From Felis catus (taxonomy: Eukaryota), in assembly GCF_018350175.1 (NCBI RefSeq), contig NC_058368.1, forward strand, positions 169,634,001 to 169,698,000: a DNA stretch of 64,000 bases, written 5' to 3'. The position numbers were made by a program, and so were the translations under genes. The notes beneath the pieces were generated by a model. It was not told the DNA's origin and ran no database searches. It worked only from the letters and a program-made list of their open reading frames with translations. This document shows, piece by piece, positions 48,534-61,350 of the stretch. Numbering within the stretch: position 1 is the stretch's first letter; every line of letters starts with the position of its first letter.

Positions 48534-48722
48534 AGCGTCCGACTTCAGCCAGGTCACGATCTCGCAGTCCGTGAGTTCGAGCCCCGCGTCAGGCTCTGGG
48601 CTGATGGCTCGGAGCCTGGAGCCTGTTTCCGATTCTGTGTCTCCCTCTCTCTCTGCCCCTCCCCCATTCATGCTCTGTCTCTCTCTGTCCCAAAAATAAA
48701 TAAATGTTGAAAAAAAATTTTT
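48534..48722 (+). mobile_element. Young SINEC_Fc, 5'-truncated (A-box region missing)
   Basis: Begins at 'agcgtccgacttcagccaggtcacgatctcgcagtccgtgagttcgagccccgcgtcagg'; flanked by aaatttttta (48525-48534 / 48723-48732). Confidence 0.95.
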
Positions 48723-48931
48723 AAATTTTTTAAAAATGTTTATTTATTTCTGAGAGAGAGAGAGAGCAAGTGGGGGAGGGACAGAGAGAGAGGGAGACAT
48801 AGAATCTGAAGCAGGCTCCAGGCTCTGAACTGTCAGCACAGAGACCGATGTGGGGCTCAAACCCGTGAACTGCAAGATCACGACCTGAGCTGAAGTCAGG
48901 TGCTTAACTGACTGAGCCACCCAGGTGCCCC
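48723..48931 (-). mobile_element. Older CanSINE (SINEC_Fc2-like) whose tail was split by the young SINE
   Basis: Antisense full body ending 'actgagccacccaggtgcccc'; degenerate TSD ttctttgcttcattta (48502-48517) / ttgtttggttcattta (48932-48947) brackets both SINEs. Confidence 0.95.
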
Positions 48932-48939
48932 TTGTTTGG

Positions 48940-49130
48940 TTCATTTAATGCTTACATGTACTAGTGCTTGGTTAATCTCATTCACATCTTACAATAACCA
49001 TATGTTATAGGTACTATCGTCAGAGTCTCCATTTCAGTAAGGAGAAGATAGGCTTAGAGAGGTTGGCCTAAGATCATGTAGCTGATAACCAAGACAATCT
49101 ATTTACAGAGGCCACTCCTTTTGCTACCAT
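48940..49130 (-). mobile_element. MIR
   Basis: 'catttaatgcttacatg...tctcattcacatcttacaataaccatatg...ctccatttcagtaaggagaagataggcttagagaggtt...cctaagatcatgtagct'. Confidence 0.7.
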
Positions 49131-50589
49131 GTTTCCAAGAAGTGGGAAAATAGGTGCCACGAAACTCATGCACATAAGTATGGATTCTCCTTCCGGTATC
49201 CAGGTAGAGTTTACTGACTGCATTCTGAACAAAATTATGCTTTGCAGTGTAATCATCTTGGTGATGTTACTTGGTTACTCTGACAAGTGGCAACTCTTCT
49301 CAAATCATAGTTGATTCTCATGAGAAATAACCATGGCCACACTGACAGATGGCAGCTGGACAGCTGGAAAGGAATCAACAGAAGGTCCCGAATGGCCCAC
49401 TACAAAGCAACTGTGGTGAACATCCTGACACACCCAGCCCCTGAGACAACAGCTTGAAGCAGTGAAAGACGCTCACACACAGATAAAAAGGGAAATCATG
49501 CACTGTGTTCCATTAATCTCTCTTGACAAAAATTTACGTTTGTGAATCTGCTCTTACTCTAATGAGAACAAGGTATGGTGGTCTGGGGAAAATCACTTCA
49601 TCACAGCTGCTAAATAGGGAAGCAGGATTCAATGGTCTCTAAAAGGTCCCTTCTAGTTTCATGAATCTAAACATGAGTTGTTATTGTAATAATCTAGTTC
49701 TAGAATATCAATAACTTCTTTGTTTATGTGACACATAAACATGACCTACACTGAAGTTAATCCTGATGTTCAAACCACAGTAAAATTCTTCAAGACAGTG
49801 CTCTCCTAATTGCTTCCTGGAGCAGACACTTTTGGTGAATAAATTCTCCCAAGACTGGGAAGAACACTGACATCATTACCATATTCAGAAGACAAATGCA
49901 TCACCTCATGAAAATGTTAATGGGCAGCACTAATTGGAAGCAGAGGTCATTCTGGGAGTTCCCTGTGGATCCTGGGAGCTCGAGAGGACTCTGGCAGAGA
50001 TACAGCACATCTTTTGAGGGCTGGGCAGGGAGTGTTTTAAGCCCCTTAGACTTTCTGATCCTTTTCCTTTCCTGTGCTCTGTGACACCTTTGTGCTTAGC
50101 TTCCACCTCCTCACCGCCTCCCCCTCTTCTCCTTAGTAGTGTGTTCCTCCTTTCTGCTATACATTTCTGACATGAACATTAAGGATCAGTGATGCAAAGG
50201 AAAGAGACCAAAACCGGGAAAAATGTTGACTTCAGAGGAAGCAATAGTGAGACATCAACCTGAGAATTGTTTAAGAATAGACTGTAACATTAATATAAGA
50301 CACATCAGACGTGCAGATTCACCTTCTTTCTCCATGTCTCTGACCTGTTATTGTCTTTGAGAGGTCAATTCACAATTTAAAAAATACAATCAGCAAACAT
50401 TCTAGCTTCATTTCATCTCCACCCTTGCTTTTAACTTCTTTTGCTCCTACTTGAAAAGTATGCTATCCTACTGTATTTTACTTATTTTTGTTAGCTGTGT
50501 CACATTCTTTCCAGAATAAGAGGGACTCAAACAACAAGCACGAATAATCTGTCCAGCTATGAAAAGCAATCAATGTGTTTCTATTATTC

Positions 50590-50860
50590 ATAATGATAGT
50601 CAACACCTATATAGCATGTATGATTTGCCAGGCATTGTTTCATCATTTCATATATATTGACTCACTTAATTCTCCCATACTCCTTTGAGTTAAGCCCCAT
50701 TATTGTCCCCTCCCTACATTCTGAGGAGAAGGAAATTGAAACCTAGAGCCATTAAGTAACCCCTGCAAAGCCACACATTTAAGGAGTGGTGGCACCAAGA
50801 CTTGAAATCTTCTACTCTGAGTGGAGACACCAGCCCTTTGACCACTGTGATGTTGCCTCC
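50590..50860 (-). mobile_element. MIR
   Basis: 'taatgatagtcaacacctatatagc...tgccaggcattgtt...gactcacttaattctcccata...gaaggaaattgaaacctagag...aaagccacac...gacttgaaatc'. Confidence 0.75.
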
Positions 50861-52087
50861 CTCTGGTGCACTAACATGCGTGTGATGAGTGAAAACATGA
50901 ATGTATCCATTGTTGCTTAGTGAACTATTTTGGATCAGCTATTCTGAAGGTAGTGACTGTACACAGCTACTCTTCAGGAGCTGTAATACATGTAGACTTA
51001 AATACAACCCAATTGATTTCCTAAGCCCAGGAGATCTTTCTAGAAATTCCAGCTTTAACATGAATTATTGGTTTGATTTTGCCAGAGTTTTCTGTTGGTC
51101 TCTGCTGGTAATTTTAAACTCTGATAAGAAATATGCTTCCCTGAAACTCTCACCTTTTTAAAGGCATTTTGAATGTCTCATCTTCCTCTTCTTTATCTCC
51201 TATGGCTGTCCCTTGTCACACTTCCAGCTTTTTCTACCTGACAGGAAGTAGTTTATTTGCCTCCAAAGTAGTGCCATCTGAGACTCTTTCAACCTTAAAC
51301 CTCATTTGGCTCTTTTGCTAGAGAGAAGACCTTGCTTGGCAGGTGGGGGCTGACCTATCGTGTGTCCCTTTGAGGAATGGGCATTGAAGGGCTTCCTTGA
51401 GATGCCCATTGACTTCAAAGCTGAAACGTATTGCTTATGTTTGTGGATATTGTCCTCCTTTGATGTAAAATTCTAGCTAATTCTAGGTCTTCTGATGTTC
51501 TGATCATTATCTCCTGATAGAAGGAAAGAGATGCAAAGTTTCCTTTGAAATTCAACCATTGGCTTGGGCCTTGCCTCAGCCCCAGTCAATACAGCCAGCA
51601 GTGGTTTTCAGTTGTTTTTCAGTTGGGCCTACAGAGTTTTACCTAAGGGTGATGGAGCAAAGGGACCAAATAAAAATGTTGCATTGGTACATACCATTTA
51701 CACAGAAGGATAAATTTATTAACACTTAAATCATAACTAAGAAACAGATTTATGAAGCAGGCGTCTCCATGATTAGTGGAAGGAAGCCTACTCTCCTGTT
51801 TGGAAATCATTAAAGGTCAATTTTGAATTTTCTGTCTTTAATGATATACAGTGTGGCTTCCTCTCAAGCATGATTATTTTGAGTAGCTGTACAGGTTGAA
51901 TTGTCCCTGCCCATGTTCTCTTAAGAACATGGATGGTTTCTTGAGATACAAAAATGATTTAATGACTTCCATTCAGCTGACAACTTTTTATTTATTCATC
52001 AGATTGTGACATGTTCCTTACACACATGGTTATGTGTATGGTGGCCTGAAGGAGGCCCTTGACCATATTTTATACCTTTCCCACTTT

Positions 52088-52204
52088 AGGGTAACTATTC
52101 CCAGTTTTCCTTGGCTAACCCAAATTTATGCCTAATATTATGAATAATATCACTTCCCCTCTAGAAATTGGCCAAATTTGGATGGTAAATGATATGGTTA
52201 TGCC
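52088..52204 (-). mobile_element. MER94-like hAT-Blackjack element
   Basis: 'agggtaactattcccagttttcc...aaatttatgcct...ccaaatttggatggtaaatgatatggtta'; decayed terminal inverted repeats. Confidence 0.6.
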
Positions 52205-52242
52205 ATTTCTGGGGGACCCAGAGCAAATATCCCATGGACATA

Positions 52243-52478
52243 CACCATGGTATAGTTGAAAAATGAGGACTAGAACTAAACAGCATCTTTGAAACCCTTC
52301 ACCCTAGGTATTTTCCATGGCTGGTGGGACAACTTAAGTCTCTCTGAGACTCAGTTTCCTCACCCAGAGAATGGAAGTAATAGTACCTCATAGTTTTTGT
52401 GAGTGTTAACTGGGTCAATACATTTATGAAAACACCTAAACATGTCCATGGAACCCAATAAGGAGTTATGATGTTTGT
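52243..52478 (+). mobile_element. MIR
   Basis: 'catggtatagttgaaaaa...gggacaacttaagtctctctgagactcagtttcctcacc...aatggaagtaatagtacctcatagtttttgtgagtgttaact'. Confidence 0.75.
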
Positions 52479-54489
52479 TTAAAGACAACGTTTTTCACCT
52501 GTAGTGAGGGTAGGGATGGATTGTACCTGGCTGCAGTTTAAATGAATTTTTGTGATGGAAATGGGGCAGAGAATTAAGTGAAAGACGAAAGCTAGAAGGT
52601 AAGAGGGGAAATGAATTAGAAGTAATTCTAGTGCAAGACACAAGAATGCTGATTTTAGACACAGAATGGAAATTATTTCCACTCAGGGTTACATGATAAT
52701 TGCACATGAATCCTCCAGGGCATGTTTGAGGTTTGTCAATGTATTTTATATGTCTTGAGGTTTTGATGCTTTTCTATGCTCTAGCCCCTCTCTCATGTTC
52801 TTTTGAAGTAAGCTCATTTCCTCCGCAAACATGGCATTTCTGTGGAAAGACTTGTGGATGCTCTGAGACTTGGGTCTCCGATAACAGAAAAAAATTAATC
52901 TGAAAAACAATAACAACAACAAACAACCAGATTGCCATGCTGGGGAGACCAAGAGAAAGGATGATCCAGACACAACCATTCTCAGGCAGTTGGTTTCGGC
53001 TGGTTAAACATGAAATACAGTACAGTGACAGGTGTCCTGTGTCTGCAAGATGTAAAGTTCCAGGCACAACCAGGTTCTACTTTTTTCTGTATCTATAATC
53101 GCTTACTACTTCACCTAGAGTCAAGATAAGTACACAAGAAGTGAGAGCCTTTAACATGTTTGTATTTAGTGCATCATCGATATAGTGCACGCTTATAATG
53201 GGAAATATTATCTCCGTTTCTACCATTCATATGCAACCACTATGTTGGCATATTTTATTTGGTCATATTTCCACAATTTTTTATTCCTTTTCTTTTTCTT
53301 TTTGCTCACGCTCTAATTTTACTATGTTGAAATTCTACTGGATTAATTTTCTAAAGCTTACATAATTATTCTTCAAATATTAGAGTTCATTTGTCTCAAA
53401 TTTATGAAATACACATGTTTGTGTATAAGTCTTTATCTGCATTTGGGATTCTTTCTTTAGTATAAAAATTAAGGAAGAAGAATTATAGGGACAAAGGTAC
53501 GAACATTTGAAAGTTCTTTATGCCTACTGAAAAACTGAGAAGCTATTTTAAACTACTGTGATCAGTTCACAATTAATGTTCTTTTCAAAATCTTTTAATG
53601 ATATGTAATAGGCACTAAGTATAATCATTGCAATTAATCCTTACCACACTCTGTAACATATGCTGGTCAAGACAGCATATGGGTTAATCTAGATTTCAAT
53701 ATAAATATTTTGGCTTTTCTGTACTTAAGATGGGTGATATGCAGTATTGGATACTAGAATAACAGAGGTTGATTCTATTACTCTTATGTTTTTTCATGGC
53801 TTGATGTTTTTCTTAGAGTCTTAATGATACCTTTTTTTGCTCATCTTTGTATTAAAATTACTTTAAAAGCCAAGCTAGCAGCATGAAGAGAGGAAGGGCA
53901 GACATTTCTTCCATTAGAAACCGCTTAAGAAGTCTCAGGTGGGCTATACTTCTTATATTTGCACACAAATTGTGGAGAAAATGTTTCAGTTTTAAAAAGA
54001 ACGAGTTTTATCTTCTTTTAGCTTCTGTGGATGAGCATTGTAAAAATTGGGCAGAAATTTTGGAATGGATTTCCATAAGTGGGGGTTCAGGATCTGTAGT
54101 TGCTTTGTGTCTCCTTGAGGTGAAAGTTCAGGTCCAAAATGACAGCTTCCACCTCTCTGTGGCTCTCTCAGAACTTGTTATTGGCAAGAGAGAAACCTCT
54201 CCTCTGCAGAAGAGAATAGCGCTCTGAATTGTCTTTCTCTTGGGCCAAGAGAGAAGAGTCCCTCCGAACCAAGATCATACCTTGGACTCGGATCACGATG
54301 CCATATCTGAGAGCAAGGGTCCCATCACACCCCAGGCCCTGTGCTATGACTTAGCGGTGCATGGCCAGTGGGGTGACTGCCAACTAACTTTCTTTGGAGA
54401 ATACAGCATTCAAGTTTCTACTCTGTTGAACAATGAGTGAATAGTGCTAGTCTGGAGCTCAGACAAGTTTCGGTCAAGATGGATGTGTT

Positions 54490-55080
54490 TAGAGTTAATT
54501 TTGGTGCTTTCTACAACTCCAGTAGCATTTTTACTAACCTTGTAAATGTCTTTTCTCCTGGCTTAAACATCCTCAGTGTCTTAAATAATTATTCTGGTAG
54601 AGTAGTTTCTAGAACTTTACCTCTGGTCAGCCTCCTCCACAAGACCACCAAGCTTGTTGGTCTCATCCAGAATTTTTCTTGAAACACTCCTTTTGAAGTT
54701 TTTTTTTTTCTGAAGTATTGTGTCTACATTAACATACTCCATCGTGTGTCATCTAATTGGCTAGCCCACATTCTAATAGTGTAATATATTCATGTGATCA
54801 GGATCCTACCACTGAGACAGTGCAAAGTTAAATCGCCACACACATCATACCCTTCGCTTATCATAAATCATAAGTCTGCTATGGCCTTGGGAGTTACTAC
54901 CAAGATAATCTCGAGTCTATTTATTCTGAGCTTGTAGAATTGCCTTTTCCCTTTTCTATTTATTTGAATATAGGACTTTACATCTATGTCATTTCAAATG
55001 CATCTAGTTTAAGTTTAAGGCCATAATATCATACTATGTACCTAGAAGGTGTTTAATAAATGCTTGTTAACAAAATGCTT
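54490..55080 (+). mobile_element. Degenerate L2
   Basis: Ends 'ctatgtacctagaaggtgtttaataaatgcttgtt'; pyrimidine-rich L2-like body ('atcataaatcataagtct...ctatggcct'). Confidence 0.45.
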
Positions 55081-56477
55081 AATATATGCTTTTGAAATAA
55101 TTAGGTGACCACAGAGTCTTTCTGCCATTGTTAGAAGTCGCTTTAGTTCCTCTCCTCCTTTCCTTTTCCTTTTTACTGTATTTTGAATTCTTCCTGAAGT
55201 TGTCAGTGAAGAAATATATTTCTCTTTCATCTCCCTACTTGCATTAACGAAACACCAGAATTTGTCTCTAATGGTCCTAGTGCCACATTTTAAAAGAATG
55301 GAGAAAAGGAAAAAGAAGGGAGTTAAGCATGCATTGCCCTCCTTAATAATACATGTTTTCTATTCTCTGGATAGTTTATTATTTAGAAACTGTGGACTCG
55401 AAGATCTTTCCTATAGCAAACAGAAGCAACATAGGGTAAATCATAATAATTAGTATGCATGGGGCTGAGTCTGGGATATTCACTATAGCTTGTCCTTTCA
55501 ATGTGTCTTCTTTTGACATCTTCACCCTGGGTATCCTGGCAACAGAGCACTTCACAAAAAACAAAAGTCCCATAGACACTGTTTGCTGAATTCCATCAGA
55601 ATAATAAAAAGACTGTTTTATTGAAGCATTTGCTGAAGACAGTAATTTAGAAAAATAGCAAGACTGCAGCTAAATGTACTTGATTCAAAAGTGACTGACA
55701 CCAAAGGAAACCTCAGTCCAAGGATGGTGTCTTTGGGTCATATAATTTCTGAACCATTTGCAGGAAGACAGGACAGTGAAAAAGAGATGATGCATGGGCT
55801 CAGATAGGAAGTAAACCAACATGAATGTACTAGAGTAAGAAATCCCTAAAAGGGCCTGAGTGTATAATATGGGGCACATGTCTCCATACAAGCTAGAGTA
55901 GTGTCTTTGCCACTTGTGTGAATAGCCTTAGAAGAGTTCTCTGCTGGCCACACAGGGAGTCTTCCTCTCCCCAGTGCCCCATCTGCTCTGTGGTAGAGCA
56001 GAGAGCTTGGTAGTTAGGGTGGCACATTGACTGTCTCTAAGCCTTTAGGGATCCAAAAAAACCTTAGCAAGACATTGGGAACTTCTGATCCATTTAGTGC
56101 AGTGATGATGCTATCAATGAGTCCCTCTGGGCCTCAACAGGTTAATTAAAGCACCTCCATCAGACTTCAGCCATCTCCTTGCTTAGACACTGGGGAGAGG
56201 GTGGTGCAGTGTATGAGTGAATGGTTACTATGCTCTCACTCCTCTTTTTTTCAGGCTTGTCCTTATTATTCTGTATCTTGTGACCAAAGTCTTCCTACAT
56301 TGTCTCAGTGATTGTCTGCTCTTCCTGAAGGCAAAGTTAGGATATGTTATCCTACTCCAAGGTTGTTTGTCTTCATTGCACAGAACTCTGAACTCACAAG
56401 GGAGGAGTTTAGGCACTAGAAGTTTCAGCTCTTCAAAGAATTGCATCAAAACAGGCTATGTATTAGAACGTATGCAT

Positions 56478-57090
56478 TGTGACAGTGTGCCCAGCCTAAG
56501 AGACCTCTCCTGATGCCTGCCCTTTCACCACCCCCTTCCCAATCCTCGGAGCCTGTTGCTAACAGCTCTCTTGTGCTGTGTGAGCCTGAATCTCACCTCA
56601 ACCCTGGTTCTAGGCCACAGGTGATGGGACCAGGATCAGACCCTGACCCCATCTGTCTGGTCAGCATCTCTCATCTGGGAGTTTACAAATGGAATTCAGC
56701 AATACTTGTCAGTTCAGCAGTGTTTTAACTTAAGAACATTTGCACTTGGAGGGCCAACTCATGTGGGCGTGCACAAGCAGGCAGGAATGATAGTCATACA
56801 GCATTGCTAGATGAGAGAACATGAAGAGGAGAGTGGGGAGAGGTTGTGGGGTGTTGTGGGGGGGGGAAGTGGAGGGAGTAGAAAGGAGTAAGAGAGAGAA
56901 AAGCTGTCTTGGATCTTGGTCACCTTCTAGTTTCCAGTTCCAGTTTTTTCTGGGGTTCAATTCTACTCATTTGCCTTGAGTTCTATAGAAGACCTATACC
57001 TGAGACCTTATTTGGCTTAAGCTAATTTGAGTGGGTTTAGCTTTATTGCTATTAAAAAAAAAAAAAAAAAAAGAAGTTTGATGAAGACAA
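56478..57090 (+). mobile_element. Old MLT1 (MLT1N-like) LTR
   Basis: 'tgtgacagtgtgcccagc...ggccacaggtgatgggaccagg...ccctgacc...atttggcttaagctaatttgagtgggttt...ttgctatt(A)n'. Confidence 0.55.
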
Positions 57091-58448
57091 ATTGATCCAA
57101 GAAAGTTTCAGGACTGAAACCCAGATCTTCCTTCCCTGGAGGTCCTATTGCCCACATTACCAGACTTTTTGTCTCTTAGTTTGACTGCAGACCACAGGGG
57201 AAGAATTATTTTGTGATAGCTCAGCCATTTCCTGGTGGAGCCAGGGAGCACAGACCAGAGGTTATTCCCCGAATGGGCCTTCCCTCCAGGGCTTTGCCCC
57301 AGGTAGTTTCCGAACTGGATGATCTACTGACACCCAGAGCTCATCCTCACTCAGGCTGGAGCAAAAATCCATACTGTGGCCCCTCCACATGACTATCTGA
57401 ATGGCAAACCTGAAAAACTCCTGGACCCTTGGATTCCTGATTCCTGTATGACCTCCAACCACCCTAGGATCAGTTTCTGGAAGTCCTTCCCTGGAAAGCC
57501 TCAGGTGATGAAGATGATGGCCTCTGCCACCTTGGGTGGGGGGGAGGGGTCACTTGATTATCGTTGGAGGAGAAGAATCCTAGACAGGCCCTCACTCACT
57601 GCTCTGAGATGCCAGCTCTTGTTCTTTTGTGATTGTATACCGTTAGGATAAGGGTGAGCTGACATTCTGAGTGAGGCTAATTGTTGGGGGCAGGAGGGAA
57701 GCGGGAGCAAAACTGGGCTTCTGATCATGTCAACAATGTTTCTGTAGCTCCTGCTGGGGGGAGGGCCCCTCTCTCCAGGGCAAGACAGGCTGCATGCTTT
57801 GGGCATGAATAAAAGCCATGTAGTAATCCAGGTTTGATCTTTGCACAGAAGAGCTTCCTGCATAATTTATGGCTTTAGAATGGGCAGCCATAGATTTCTG
57901 GGCAGAAAAGGAGGCTAACGTATTCTTGTGGAGCAAAGAATAGATTTAGTGAGATAAATGGTCCTCGAGAAGCTCATGACCAATCCCATACTAATCAGAA
58001 AAAAAGTCTAAGTAATGCTGATTACACTTTAAACAATTTTTGGGAGGTTGCTAACTTGGCTTGCTCAAATTCAGGGGCTGGCTGCAATCTCAGGGCATGA
58101 GACATGGTTAAGAGAGATAGCTCTAGTCCTTTAGTGACCATTGTCACAGCCACATTTTCCTTCTTTTTGAAAGATGAGGCAAGTTCTGTTCGCAGAAACC
58201 AGTGTGTTACTAGGCAGAGCCAGGATATATCAGCATCGAAATGGTCTGGAGTCTGAAATTACTGTCCTTTTTCCTTGTCTATGCATCACCTTCCTGGCCT
58301 CCCCTTCAAAATACATGCAGGCACATGCAAACACACAGCTGTGTTCACACAGATAGACACATGCACACTCATCCCACAGTAATAGTCCCTTTGAAAAAAT
58401 AGATTCTCAAACTAATGTAATATTAGGATGAGAAGGGGCTTTAAAAGC

Positions 58449-58972
58449 TGTGCTGTGTTACAAAGTACTCCAAAACTTAGCAGCTATAATGAACAAACAC
58501 TGATTATCTCACAGAAGCCAAGGCAGGAAACTGACAAGGCTTAGGTGCCTCTGGCTCAGGGTATCTTACAAGACTGCAATTAAGGTGTCAGTTGAGGCTG
58601 CCATTGTCTCAAGGCTCACAGGGGGGAGGATCTGCTCCTAAACTTATTTATAAGGGCTATTGACAGGTCCTGGGTGCTCACTAGCTATTGGCCAGAGACA
58701 TCAGTTCCCTCCACAAGGGTTCCACAGAGAAGCTGGCAGCTGGCTTCCCTCAGAGTAAGTGAGCAAGTGAGCAAGAGGTCAAGAAAGGGAGAGAAGGCAC
58801 CCAATATGAAAGTCATCTAATCCCCAAAGTGACTTCCCATCATCTTTGCTGGGTCTTTTTCTCTAGAAGAAAGTCAGTAAATCAGGCCCATAGTCAAGAA
58901 GAAGGGATTACACAAGGGCATGAATGCTGAGGGATTGAGTCATTGGGGATTTTTTTAAAGCTGCCTACCTCA
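58449..58972 (-). mobile_element. MLT1F-like MaLR solo LTR
   Basis: 'tgctgtgttacaaagtactccaaaacttagcagct...attatctcacag...ctggctcagggt...ggaggatctgctcctaa...ggccagagacatcagttcc...ggattacacaagggcatgaat...gctgcctacctca'. Confidence 0.85.
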
Positions 58973-59567
58973 GGGCCATCCATTTAGACCCCTCAGGCAA
59001 CCACATCTTTGTCTGCATACTTCTTGTACAGGAAGCTTAGTCACTTCTGGGGAAGATTTTTCCATTCAACTTTTAAAATTCCTGAGATTGAACCCTCAAA
59101 CCTGCTTTCTTAGAGTGGGCATGTTTTGTTTGCCACTTGCTCAGCTTTCCTTTCCTTTCTGATACAGGCACTTCACTTTTCTTTCGCAGGCTCCCTCTTC
59201 TCTTCTCTTTGGTCTACTTTTGGGGTGGGCATACGACCTAGCCATGGACAATCACAATTTGGTGTCTTCTTGATCACGGTGATTGGCTAAGGAATGGTAC
59301 ATTCCTCAAGCTGATCCAGTTTACATACCCTGGGAGCTCTTTTTACCATTTCTTTGAACCTCTTCCCCTGTCTATCCCTACACCTTCAATGTGTTCTCAA
59401 GAGCACACACCGTGGTCATTCTTCTGAGGACCACTCTTGGACTATGCCAGCCACTTTGCCCCAACTACAGACAACTGGAGGTGCCAAAGAGTTTTATTAC
59501 CTACCCTAAACCTTCCCCTCAAGCTTTTGCTTTTGTTTTCCATGATTTTGGCCAGTTAAACAAAAAT

Positions 59568-60452
59568 AATTTTATTGAACTGTAAGTCACATCTCATACA
59601 CGTCACCCATTTAAATGTGCACTTCAGTGGTTTTTGTATATTCACAGATGTGTACAACTACCACCATGGTCAGTTTTAGCACATCTTCATCACCTCAAAA
59701 ACAAAACCCATACTCTGTAGCAACTAACCTTCTATCCACCTCCATCTCTAAGCAATTGCTAATCAACCTTCTGTCTCTATGTATTTGCACCTATTCTGGA
59801 CATTTCATATGAATTGGATCATATGTGATATCTTGTGACTGGCTTCTTTTACTGAGCATGTTTTTTGAGGTTCACCCATGTTTTTTGAGGTTCACCCAGG
59901 TACCAGTGCTTTCTTCCTTTTAGTGCTTTATTCCTTTCTGTGGCCAAATAATATTCCATTGCATGGATGTACCACGTTTTATTTATTCATTCATCAACCA
60001 GTGAGCATGTGGATTGTTTCCACTTTTTGGCTACTGTGAATAATGCTGCTATAAACATTCATGTATGTGTTTTTCTGTGCACATGTGCCTTCATTTCCCT
60101 TGTACACATACTGAGGAGTAGACTTGGCTGGGTCATAAGGTAACTTTATTTTAATTGCTTAAGGAACTGCCAGATTATTTTTTAAAGTGGCCACACACCA
60201 TTTTACATTTTCCTATCCTTAGTGTATGAGGGTTCTGATTTTTCCATATTGTCACCAACATTTGTTATTATGTGGCTTTTTAATTCTAGCCATCCTAGTG
60301 GGTGTGAAGTCATATCTCATTGTGGTTTTAATTTACATTTCCTTGATCACTAATGACGTGGAATAGTTTTTAAAATGTGCTTATTGGCCATTTATATCTT
60401 TCTTAGAGAAATGTCTATTAACATTCTTTGCCTATTTTTTTAATTGGGTTCA
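59568..60452 (-). mobile_element. L1MB-type LINE 3' end
   Basis: 'ttttattgaactgtaagtcacat...cacccatttaaatgtgcacttcagtggttttt...ttctggacatttcatatgaat...gattgtttccactttttggctactgtgaataatgctgctat...ctagccatcctagtgggtgtgaagt'. Confidence 0.93.
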
Positions 60453-60624
60453 TCTACCCTGTTGACGAATAACTTTTTGGTGTGAGAACATTTCACTGTA
60501 ATCTCTTAGGCTGAGACAACTCTGAGACATGACTCTCTCTCTCCAGAGTTCCTCTGAAGAATCAGGTAGAAGCCAACACACTGAGACTTTTAACTTCTCT
60601 TCCCTATCAGATCCTTCTGGAAAT

Positions 60625-60845
60625 ATATGGTAATTATCTTAAAAAATGACAGTTCCTTCAGTTGCTTCCCTGTGTGTATACACATGTCATTCCCACACTG
60701 AGAGGCATAATCTCTGTCTCTGCAGTGTACTTTAACCTGGGCTCACTTGTGATTGCTTTGCCCAACAGAATACAGCAGAAGTGATATTGCCCATTTCTAG
60801 ACCTAGACTTAAGAATGACAGCAGTTTCTACATTCTCTCTTGAAA
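60625..60845 (+). mobile_element. MLT1 (MLT1H-like) LTR 5' fragment
   Basis: 'ttcccacactgagagg...ctgggctcacttgtgattgctttgcccaacagaatacagcagaagtgatattgcccatttctagacctagacttaagaatgacagcagtttcta'. Confidence 0.7.
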
Positions 60846-61014
60846 AATTACATAAGAAGTCCAAGTGGTGGTTGGAATCTTATCCACTCTCTGGGTTTTC
60901 CAAGTTTTTTTAGACCATTTCTGTTTTTATTTTACTCTAAAACATTTTTTTCTCATTGCAAACTACAATTTCTCATTGTAGAAGAAAACTGGAAAAAAAA
61001 AAACCAAAGAAATA

Positions 61015-61348
61015 TGGGTGGGGGTAGGGAGAGGGATGAATAGGCAGAACACAGAGGGCAGTAAAAACACTCTATATGATACTATAATGTTGGAAACATG
61101 TCGTTGCACATTTCTCCAAACCCATAGAATGCACAACACCAAGAGGGAGCCCTAAGGTAAACTATGGACTCTGGATGACGATAATGTGTCAATGTATGGT
61201 CATCAGTTGTAACAAATGCAAGGCCCTGTTGTGGGATGTTGATATGGGGGGGAAACTATGTTGAGTGGAGGCAGGGTATGTACATAATATATCTGTACCT
61301 TACCCTCAATTTTGCTGTGAGCATTAATTGCTCAAAAAAATGAAGTTT
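61015..61348 (+). mobile_element. L1MC1-like 3' UTR end
   Basis: 'gagggatgaataggcagaacacagag...ggcagtaaaaacactctatatgatactataatg...caaacccatagaatgcacaacaccaagag...ctaaggtaaactatggactctgg...caattttgctgtga'. Confidence 0.88.
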
Positions 61349-61350
61349 TT

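Noticed and set aside
51911..51932. Short palindrome ccatgttct-ctta-agaacatgg (a similar one at 10027-10046)
   Set aside because: 9-bp arms occur by chance in 64 kb; orientation and spacing do not match a steroid-receptor element
57376..57651. 91-aa ORF (APPHDYLNGKPEKLLDPWIPD...)
   Set aside because: Non-ATG start, in-frame stop shortly upstream, no recognised family
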